From a virus (lineage: Duplodnaviria > Heunggongvirae > Uroviricota > Caudoviricetes): a stretch of DNA of 15,041 bases. Each line of letters starts with the position of its first letter. Positions within the stretch are counted from its first letter, which is position 1. The translations under genes and the position numbers were made by a program. Below the pieces are notes generated by a model. It worked only from the letters and a program-made list of their open reading frames with translations. It did no database searches and had not been told where the DNA came from. Below are positions 6,275 to 15,041 of the stretch, one piece after another. The stretch is from the IMG/VR virus record IMGVR_UViG_2713896784_000032, one strand, 5' to 3'.

Positions 6275-9097
6275 ATGACGGCAGAGTACATCAGGGACTG
6301 GCAACAACCGCGCCACGCAGTGGGGCGTGAAGGAACGGGGATCCCCGCTCCTGAATCCGCGCTTTCCTCCTGGCTGGATGCCTACCGGGTAGAGAACGAG
6401 CGCCGCCAGGAAATGGCTGATGCGGCGTTCTCCGCAACGCCGCTGGGCAACCTGATTAATAAAAGCCTGGACGCACAGGAAAAACAGGACAAAACCATCA
6501 CACTGGCAGGAGACGCCAGAAAACAGGCACGCGGTGCGGTGGATGAAGCCATGGCCTCGCTGCGCCTGCTGCCGTCCTATCTGCGCGATCCGCTTATTCG
6601 CCACCTCTCCTTCCTGCGCAAAAAACAGGAAGCCGATCGTCAGAAAGGCAAAAAGAGCTGGCAGGCTGAACGCTACGCGCGCGGAAACCTGCGCAAAATA
6701 TTCGAACGTCTGGAGCGCACCGATCACCGCTGGCTGACACAGGGTTATCGCTCCCTTGCCGGACGCGAACGCCTGGACGATTTGCTTTACCTGCCGCAGC
6801 TCAACAAACACCAGATACAGACGCTGGCCACCATGACGGCGGCGATGTTCAGCAGCACCTTCGAAAAACTCTGCGATGGCTTTGGCGCGACCGATGGCGA
6901 ACTGACCATGGATGTAACGCTGAAGGCGTATCAGATGCTGGCCCGCATGGCGTTACACCTGCACGCCATGCCTCCACATTATGACGCACTGACAACAGAC
7001 AAAGACCGGAGGAACGAACCGGACACGGAGCTGCTGCCGGGCGCAATCCTTCGCCTGACCTGTGCGGAATGGTGGAAACGCAAACTGTGGCTGTTACGTT
7101 GCGAGTGGAGAGAAGAACAACTCCGCGCCGCCTGTCTGGTTTCCAGAAAAACATCGCCCTATCTGAGCCAGGACGCGTTAAGCGAGTTTCGCGCACAGCG
7201 CGAGAAAACACGCGATTTCCTGAAAAGTTTCATGCTGGAAAACGAAGACGGGTTCACGATTGATCTCGAGACAGTGTATTACGCGGGAGTAAGTAACCCG
7301 GTTCACCGTAAGGCAGAAATGATGGCCACCATGAAGGGGCTGGAACTTCTGGCCGAAGCCCGTGGCGACAAAGCGGTGTTTCTGACTGTCACCTGCCCGT
7401 CAAAATACCACGCTACAACAGAGAACGGTCATCCGAATCCCAAATGGAACGGGGCCACCATGCGCGACTCCAGCGATTACCTGGTTAACACGTTTTTTGC
7501 GGCGGTCCGCAAGAAACTGAACCGCGACGGCCTGCGCTGGTATGGCATCCGCACGGTGGAGCCTCACCATGACGGCACCGTGCACTGGCATATGATGGTC
7601 TTTGCTCATCCGGAAGAAATCGACACCATTGTGTCCCACACCCGCGATATTGCCATTCAGGAAGATCGTCACGAGCTGGGCGATGATATTACTCCGCGCT
7701 TTAAGGCGGAGTATGTCGACGGCTCAAAAGGCACGCCAACCAGCTACATCGCCACCTACATCGGAAAAAACCTGGACAGCCGCGCCGTGGATGGCATCGA
7801 CCCGAAAACAGGCAAACCACGCGTTGACCACGAAACCGGAAAATCAATGACCGAGAGCGTGGAACGCGCCATTGGCTGGGCGCGCCTTCACCGGGTCCGC
7901 CAGTTCCAGTTCTTTGGCATCCCCTCCCGTCAGGTGTGGCGTGAACTGCGTCGCCTTGCCAGCCAGATGGCACGCAACCCGGAAGGCCCGCAACGGCTGA
8001 AGGATGACGCAATGGATGCGGTTCTTGCTGCCGCTGATGCCGGATGTTTTACCACCTACATTGAGAAACAGGGAGGCGTACTTGTTCCACGCAAGGACTA
8101 CCTGATTCGCACCGCCTACGACCTCGCAGATGAGCTGAACGATTACGGCGAACAGAGCGTACAGATTTACGGGATCTGGTCACCACTCATCGGGGAATCC
8201 TCCCGTGTGTGCACGCACCCGGATAACTGGAAGCTGGTAAGACGTAAACCGGGAGTAGAAGACAGCGCCCGCGAAAATGGTTTTGACCTTCAGGGCGGCC
8301 CTGCCGCCCCTTGGACTCGTGGCAATAACTGTCCCCGTGTACAGGAAACGGACAACAACGGGACAGAACAGCCGGAAGAACGGCCAGCACCGTGGCCGCA
8401 GCTTCCTGACGGCGTTGACGTGAACGAATGGATGCGCTCACTGAAACGGCACGAACGCCGGGCGCTGATGCGTTCGCTTCGTGACAAACAGGCAAAAAAC
8501 AGCAGTGATGAAATGCAGAGCTGGACACAGAGCCGCAAACAGCAGCGGCCTTTGCCTGATAACCACGAATTACTCGCTAAAGAATGGCGGGAGTCTGCTG
8601 AATCTCTCGGCCTGCATATCGGTGAACAACAGATGCAGCACCTGTTACGGGGCGGCAGTCTGTACGTTGACGGCAGCATCATTGCACCGCAGGGATTTGA
8701 AATTGTACGCAAACCGGATACCCGCCCGGACAGCCGAATCACGCAGCTCTGGCAGCGCCTGAGCCGTAATCATGGCGTAAGCAGCACGGAGATCCGCCAT
8801 AACCCGGTCGCCAGCTATCTGGCACAGCTGGGGGCATCAGACCCTGAAGCCGCCGCACGCCTGGCATCCACACTTCAGCAGGACCAGAACACCATGAAAA
8901 CACCCGTTACCGTGCTTTCTGACATGCTGCGCGCCATCCGCGACGCAGAGCACGCACAGAGAATCAGTGAAACCACTGAACGCGCCAGCCGCAAAGCAGA
9001 CCTGCTGCGGGGTGGCCTGACCAGTGGAAACAAAAAACAGACAGAAACGGGACTCACAAATCCCGTAAATGAGCAAAAAACGCGCCGCGATATATGA
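6275..9097 (+). CDS. Rolling-circle replication initiation endonuclease, phage P2 gpA-like (HUH superfamily)
   Basis: 940-aa ORF. Contains VTCPSKYH, RTVEPHHDGTVHWHMMVF (HUH-type metal-binding motif, about 7561..7600) and YIATYIGKNLD (paired Tyr YxxxY, about 7744..7775). These match the conserved core of P2 gene A protein as I recall it (TLTAPSKYH ... VEPHHDGTPHWHMM ... YIAKYISKNIDG). Longer than P2 A (about 760 aa). Confidence 0.85.
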   Translation: MTAEYIRDWQQPRHAVGREGTGIPAPESALSSWLDAYRVENERRQEMADAAFSATPLGNLINKSLDAQEKQDKTITLAGDARKQARGAVDEAMASLRLLPSYLRDPLIRHLSFLRKKQEADRQKGKKSWQAERYARGNLRKIFERLERTDHRWLTQGYRSLAGRERLDDLLYLPQLNKHQIQTLATMTAAMFSSTFEKLCDGFGATDGELTMDVTLKAYQMLARMALHLHAMPPHYDALTTDKDRRNEPDTELLPGAILRLTCAEWWKRKLWLLRCEWREEQLRAACLVSRKTSPYLSQDALSEFRAQREKTRDFLKSFMLENEDGFTIDLETVYYAGVSNPVHRKAEMMATMKGLELLAEARGDKAVFLTVTCPSKYHATTENGHPNPKWNGATMRDSSDYLVNTFFAAVRKKLNRDGLRWYGIRTVEPHHDGTVHWHMMVFAHPEEIDTIVSHTRDIAIQEDRHELGDDITPRFKAEYVDGSKGTPTSYIATYIGKNLDSRAVDGIDPKTGKPRVDHETGKSMTESVERAIGWARLHRVRQFQFFGIPSRQVWRELRRLASQMARNPEGPQRLKDDAMDAVLAAADAGCFTTYIEKQGGVLVPRKDYLIRTAYDLADELNDYGEQSVQIYGIWSPLIGESSRVCTHPDNWKLVRRKPGVEDSARENGFDLQGGPAAPWTRGNNCPRVQETDNNGTEQPEERPAPWPQLPDGVDVNEWMRSLKRHERRALMRSLRDKQAKNSSDEMQSWTQSRKQQRPLPDNHELLAKEWRESAESLGLHIGEQQMQHLLRGGSLYVDGSIIAPQGFEIVRKPDTRPDSRITQLWQRLSRNHGVSSTEIRHNPVASYLAQLGASDPEAAARLASTLQQDQNTMKTPVTVLSDMLRAIRDAEHAQRISETTERASRKADLLRGGLTSGNKKQTETGLTNPVNEQKTRRDI

Positions 9098-9173
9098 AGC
9101 GCGCACAAAACAGGCAAAAGCGGGATTTAAAAATCCTGTAACCGATTAATTAATCAACATAAGGAAAAGCGAC
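9030..9173. promoter_or_regulatory. Candidate promoter/centromere-like (parC-like) region upstream of parM
   Basis: Cluster of palindromes and repeats: ACGGGA-N8-TCCCGT (about 9047..9066), near-palindrome GGATTTAAAAATCC (9123..9136), AT palindrome ATTAATTAAT (about 9144..9153), and recurring CAAAAAAC/CAAAACAG. Overlaps the 3' end of the rep gene. No clean iteron array was identified. Confidence 0.3.
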
Positions 9174-10133
9174 ATGAAAATTTGTATCGACGACGGCTCC
9201 ACCAACATCAAGCTGGCATGGACTGAGAACGGCGAACGCCGCAACGCCATCAGCCCGAACAGCTTCAAGTCGGAATGGTCTGCGCCATTCGGTGGCACGC
9301 AGCCCGCGAACTACATGCTTGATGGCGTGCGCTATGGTTTTGATCCGGTCAGCGATCGCTTTGTCCAGACGACCGACACGCAATACCAGTACAGCGATGT
9401 GAATGTAATTGCCATTCATCACGCGCTGGTCAAATCAGGCATCACACCACAGGAAGTGGATGTGGTTGTCACCCTGCCACTGAGCGAGTATTTCGATACA
9501 AACGCACAGCCGGACATGGCCAACATCAACCGCAAAAAAGCGAACGTCATGCGCCCGGTGGAGTACCAGAACGGCGAAGCATTCACTATCCGTAACGTAC
9601 GGGTTATGCCTGAATCCATTCCTGCTGGCTTTAAGGCACTGGCTGACATGAGTCCGTTTGAATCCCTGCTGATTGTGGATTTGGGCGGAACCACGCTGGA
9701 TGTGGCAAAGGTTCAGGGGCAACTGGCAGGTATCAGCCAGGTGTTTTGCGATCCACACGTAGGCGTTTCTCTGATGGCCGATGCCGTACTGTCGGTGATG
9801 GCCACTAACGGTATGCGCACCAGTCACCACATCGCCAATACCATTATCGAACATCGCCATGATGAAGCCTGGCTGCGCCAGCACATCCACAATGACGCGC
9901 ATTACGCCAGCCTGATGGCGGTTATTCGTGAAAAGGAAGAAACACTGAAACAACGCGTGATCCGCGCGCTGGCGGTTTTTTCGGGTTACGGGCGGGTGAT
10001 GGTTGTCGGTGGCGGGGCGGAGATTGTGGCAACCGCTATCCGCGAAGCCTGCGGAGTTAATGCGACTTTCATCGCGGACGGGGTGCCACAGTTTGCTCTG
10101 GTTAATGGGTTGTACGCAATGAACAAGGAGTAA
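9174..10133 (+). CDS. parM: Actin-like plasmid segregation ATPase ParM (StbA)
   Basis: 319-aa ORF. N-terminus MKICIDDGSTNIKLAW plus SPNSF, YSDVNVIAIHHAL, VMPESIPAG, LIVDLGGTTLD and VVGGGAE motifs align closely with plasmid R1 ParM/StbA as I recall it. Shine-Dalgarno AAGGA upstream. Confidence 0.85.
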   Translation: MKICIDDGSTNIKLAWTENGERRNAISPNSFKSEWSAPFGGTQPANYMLDGVRYGFDPVSDRFVQTTDTQYQYSDVNVIAIHHALVKSGITPQEVDVVVTLPLSEYFDTNAQPDMANINRKKANVMRPVEYQNGEAFTIRNVRVMPESIPAGFKALADMSPFESLLIVDLGGTTLDVAKVQGQLAGISQVFCDPHVGVSLMADAVLSVMATNGMRTSHHIANTIIEHRHDEAWLRQHIHNDAHYASLMAVIREKEETLKQRVIRALAVFSGYGRVMVVGGGAEIVATAIREACGVNATFIADGVPQFALVNGLYAMNKE

Positions 10134-10137
10134 ACCA

Positions 10138-10452
10138 ATGACGACACCAACCAGACGGATAAGTTTCTATCTGAAGCCCGCCGCCGTCAAGAGTGAACAG
10201 GAGGCGTGCAATTACCTCGATAGCCTGCCAGCCTCCGAACGCAGCCGCGCGCAACGCGCGGCCTTTCTGGCTGGGCTAGCACTCATAAAGCGCAACCCAG
10301 CATTTGCCTACTGGATGGCCGAATGGCCAGAGGACAACCTCCCCTTCAATACCGTTAGCATCAAGGAAACATACCAGGCTAATCAGCCTAGCGGAGTTGA
10401 ATGCAATTTTTATAAAATAAAAAAGAATATTCAGACCTTATTCCCAGAATAA
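10138..10452 (+). CDS. parR: Partition adaptor ParR (StbB)-like DNA-binding protein
   Basis: 104-aa ORF starting 4 nt after the parM stop, with a strong Shine-Dalgarno (AAGGAG). N-terminal region RISFYLKP...YLDSLPASERSRAQRAAFLAGLAL resembles R1 ParR (DSIPQGERSRLNRAALTAGLAL). Confidence 0.7.
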   Translation: MTTPTRRISFYLKPAAVKSEQEACNYLDSLPASERSRAQRAAFLAGLALIKRNPAFAYWMAEWPEDNLPFNTVSIKETYQANQPSGVECNFYKIKKNIQTLFPE

Positions 10453-10546
10453 TCTGATAATTGTATGTGAACTAATAAAATACATTGTCATACGAGTCAC
10501 CTGTACTCCCTGTTGATGCCAGCAGTTTTGCTTCTTTTAGTCGCTC

Positions 10547-10596
10547 NNNNNNNNNNNNNNNNNNNNNNNNNNNNNNNNNNNNNNNNNNNNNNNNNN
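10547..10596. other. Run of 50 ambiguous bases (N), probable gap or masked placeholder
   Basis: Directly visible in the sequence; lies inside the IS3-family remnant. Confidence 0.99.
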
Positions 10597-10886
10597 ACAT
10601 AGACGAAGCCCTGCCATGTGCTGACGTAAGTAAAATCAGCCACCCACAGCTGGTCAGGACGTTCTGCCACGAACTGACGGTTTACGCGGTCGCCTGCGGA
10701 AACGGCTTTCCGGCTGACGGTAGTACGGACCTTTTTACCCCGGAGAACACCGGCAAGTCCCATAACCGCCATGAGGCGCGCCACTGTACATCTGGCCACC
10801 CTGATACCTTCGCGTAACAACTGGCGCCAGACTTTACGCACACCGTACACCTGATGATTTTCATCGTATACGCGCTGTATCTCTCT

Positions 10887-10936
10887 NNNNNNNNNNNNNN
10901 NNNNNNNNNNNNNNNNNNNNNNNNNNNNNNNNNNNN
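10887..10936. other. Run of 50 ambiguous bases (N), probable gap or masked placeholder
   Basis: Directly visible in the sequence; lies at the OrfA/OrfB junction region of the IS3-family remnant. Confidence 0.99.
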
Positions 10937-11053
10937 AAGCGGAAGCCTGGCGAAGGATATCGTTACTGCGGCGCAGTTCACGATTTTCACGTTCCAGCCA
11001 TAAAGTTATGTTCCTGACGTATGTATTCGTCCCGCAGGAATCAACCAACTGAT

Positions 11054-11443
11054 TTATCTGAATTTATCATGCCCCTCAACTCTGATTTTATTCATCTTGT
11101 TTACCGAATCGGGTATATCTGATAACTGTCCCGATAAGACTTTTTGTTTCGCCAGCATAATCTCTTTTTCAAGCTTTTGAAGTTCTTTTATATAGTCATT
11201 CTTCCCTTCTTCATCAGCCGGTGAAATGCTCTCAGGAAGACGCTTCATTGACTCATCTACAGCATCATCCATTCTGTCAAGAGCTTCAAGAAGCTCCTTT
11301 TTATCCATTGATGACTGAAGTACACTCATATTCCTTGCAAGAACTTGCATGCTTTCATCAAGTTCTTCTGCCACTGTAATCCCCCCACACAAAAAATATA
11401 ATGCCATACCACAGCTGATTATAACTTTATTGCTTTTCTGCAT
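11054..11443 (-). CDS. cybC: Soluble periplasmic cytochrome b562 family protein
   Basis: 129-aa ORF with a signal-peptide-like N-terminus. The mature region EELDESMQVLARNMSVL ... VEGHDKFR aligns with E. coli cytochrome b562 (ADLEDNMETLNDNLKVI ... NAYHQKYR), including the Met and C-terminal His heme ligands. Shine-Dalgarno GGAG 5 nt upstream. Lies downstream of the catalase-peroxidase on the same strand. Confidence 0.75.
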   Translation of the reverse strand: MQKSNKVIISCGMALYFLCGGITVAEELDESMQVLARNMSVLQSSMDKKELLEALDRMDDAVDESMKRLPESISPADEEGKNDYIKELQKLEKEIMLAKQKVLSGQLSDIPDSVNKMNKIRVEGHDKFR

Positions 11444-11455
11444 AATTTCTCCTTC

Positions 11456-11478
11456 ATGAGGGAGGTGCCCTCCCTCAT
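11456..11478 (-). other. Intercistronic stem-loop between the catalase-peroxidase and cytochrome b562 genes
   Basis: Perfect 10-bp stem (ATGAGGGAGG / CCTCCCTCAT) with a 3-nt loop in the 43-nt gap between the two genes. On the transcribed (minus) strand it is not followed by a U-run, so it is more likely an mRNA structural element than a terminator. Confidence 0.35.
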
Positions 11479-11486
11479 CAGTTTTA

Positions 11487-13712
<2,226 letters not shown>

Positions 13713-13873
13713 TTAAGGGAAATTCGCATGTTGTATACAAAAGTCAACTTTATTGATGCAACAGGATATACCTATTGCTGGGATAGATACTACAGACAAA
13801 AAATACTAAGGGGTTCCAAGCCGCAACTGACGATGCCGTTGAGTGCTGCGCAGACCTGAATATTCCCTTCTTT

Positions 13874-14059
13874 GTGGATGTCAGAAACAAAAAGCTGGTC
13901 TTCTGGTTTGTACGTGTTGATGACGAAGGGTATCCTGAAATAGCCCGCTGCACGGAGCGGGAGTTTGCGACCATTCTTGCCGGTATCAGCGCCGGCGGCA
14001 TGTACTGCCCGGAGTGTGGCACGGTTCACTGGCCGGACGGAGTTCCCCCGCCCTTCTGA
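13874..14059 (+). CDS. Small ORF translationally coupled to the IS91-family transposase gene (possible IS91 accessory ORF)
   Basis: 61-aa ORF containing CPECG. Its TGA stop (14057..14059) overlaps the ATG (14059..14061) of the downstream transposase reading frame. IS91 is known to carry a small ORF upstream of tnpA; homology could not be verified by eye. Confidence 0.3.
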   Translation: MDVRNKKLVFWFVRVDDEGYPEIARCTEREFATILAGISAGGMYCPECGTVHWPDGVPPPF

Positions 14060-14460
14060 TGCTTCCCCGTTTTGCCGACATTTTTCAGCAGGGAAACCGC
14101 TGGCTTAACTGGCTGGAGAAACAACCGGAAGGTTCAGTGCGTCCGGTAGTCATTGAGTCTGTGACAAAAATCATGGCCTGCGGGACCACGCTGATGGGGT
14201 ACACACAGTGGTGCTGTTCATCTCCGGACTGCAGCCACATAAAAAAGGTCTGCTTCCGGTGTAAAAGTCGCTCCTGCCCGCACTGCGGAGTGAAGGCTGG
14301 CGCACAGTGGATACAGTATCTGCTGAGTCTGGTTCCCGACTGTCCGTGGCAGCATATTGTGTTCACACTTCCCTGCCAGTACTGGTCCCTGGTGTTCCAC
14401 AACCGGTGGTTACTGGCAGAGATGAGCCGCATTGCTGCGGATGTGATACAGGAAATCTGC
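14059..14460 (+). mobile_element. IS91-family (rolling-circle, HUH) transposase gene, N-terminal fragment only (3'-truncated)
   Basis: Translation MLPRFADIFQQGNRWLNWLEKQ...KIMACGTTLMGYTQWCCSSPDCSHIKKVCFRCKSRSCPHCGVKAGAQWIQ...QHIVFTLP has the N-terminal zinc-binding CxxC...CxxC region typical of IS91/ISCR transposases. Homology ends near 14460, where IS3-family sequence begins. Confidence 0.7.
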
Positions 14461-15041
14461 CGCCAGGCAGATGTGCGACTACGAACTCGAACCACAATCT
14501 GCCAGTTGCGCCAAATCTGCTGAACCAGACGTTCGCTCCTGCAGCACCAAATCAGGTCTGGGTGGCGGACCTGACGTATGTTGCCACACAGGAGGGATGG
14601 TTGTACCTCGCTGGCATCAAAGATGTTTATACGTGCGAAATTGTCGGCTACGCCATGGGAGAGCGCATGACAAAAGAGCTGACAGGTAAAGCCCTGTTTA
14701 TGGCGCTCAGGAGCCAGCGCCCACCTGCCGGGCTAATCCACCACTCTGATCGAGGTTCACAGTACTGCGCATACGATTACCGGGTCATACAGGAGCAGTT
14801 TGGTCTGAAAACATCAATGTCGCGTAAAGGTAACTGTTACGACAACGCTCCGATGGAAAGCTTCTGGGGAACGCTGAAAAATGAGAGCCTGAGCCACTAT
14901 CGTTTTAATAACCGGGATGAAGCCATCTCAGTAATACGGGAATACATTGAGATTTTCTACAATCGTCAGCGTCGTCACTCTCGTCTGGGGAATATCTCCC
15001 CGGCAGCCTTCAGGGAAAAATATCATCAGATGGCTGCTTAA
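14460..15041 (+). mobile_element. IS3-family transposase OrfB, C-terminal catalytic (DDE) portion; 5'-truncated element running to the window end
   Basis: Translation ...TTNSNHNLPVAPNLLNQTFAPAAPNQVWVADLTYVATQEGWLYLA...HHSDRGSQYCA...SRKGNCYDNAPMESFWGTLKNE...YNRQRRHSRLGNISPAAF shows the IS3-family DDE motifs. Stop codon TAA at 15039..15041. No OrfA or OrfB N-terminus upstream (IS91 sequence instead). Confidence 0.8.

Larger units (their letters stand above)
10472..11048 (-). mobile_element. IS3-family insertion sequence remnant (OrfA C-terminus plus partial OrfB), truncated and interrupted by two N-runs
   Basis: Minus-strand translation gives ...YVRNITLWLERENRELRRSNDILRQASA (leucine-zipper-like OrfA end) and REIQRVYDENHQVYGVRKVWRQLLREGIRV...PDQLWVADFTYVSTWQGFVY (IS3-family OrfB N-terminal region). 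After the second N-run a different frame reads LKEAKLLASTGSTGDSYDNVFY-stop (YDN motif region), stopping about 10472. The OrfA N-terminus is absent because the cytochrome b562 gene abuts at 11054. Confidence 0.7.

Noticed and set aside
5738-6811. 357-aa minus-strand ORF
   Set aside because: Antisense to the well-supported 121-aa gene and the 5' part of the gpA-like gene. Low-complexity, Ala/Arg/Gly-rich translation typical of a spurious ORF on the opposite strand of GC-rich coding DNA.
8187-8742. Minus-strand ORFs of 113 and 150 aa inside the rep gene
   Set aside because: Antisense to the conserved gpA-like coding sequence. Cys/Arg/Ser-rich with no recognisable fold. Spurious.
9435-9953. 172-aa minus-strand ORF
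   Set aside because: Entirely antisense to parM, which has strong homology support.
13750-14029. Minus-strand ORFs of 90 and 79 aa between katP and the IS91-like gene
   Set aside because: They overlap the plus-strand small ORF and IS91 tnpA start region, with no ribosome-binding site or recognisable domain. More likely promoter or IS-end DNA.

Overview
This window is a mosaic mobile region, and the most likely novel candidate is a two-gene cargo module sitting between a repressor-like gene and the integrase (1008..2035). All calls come from reading the ORF translations and sequence by eye; no searches or computations were run. (1) 1..10452 is a P2-like integrative element lacking any structural or lysis genes. 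On the minus strand, a candidate repressor, two cargo genes and a P2-type integrase form one operon. On the plus strand, after a divergent switch region with a perfect palindrome, there is a Cox-like gene followed by about ten small uncharacterised genes, a structured non-coding stretch, a large gpA-type rolling-circle replication initiator, and a ParM/ParR partition pair. (2) 10453..15041 is an accessory patch: a periplasmic catalase-peroxidase (KatP/KatY family) and a cytochrome b562 gene bracketed by a truncated IS3-family remnant (containing two 50-N runs) on one side and a truncated IS91-family transposase fused to a second IS3-family fragment on the other. The other leads worth a second look are the int + gpA + ParMR combination without virion genes, the structured non-coding region at 5290..5600, and an unlisted 37-codon hydrophobic ORF.
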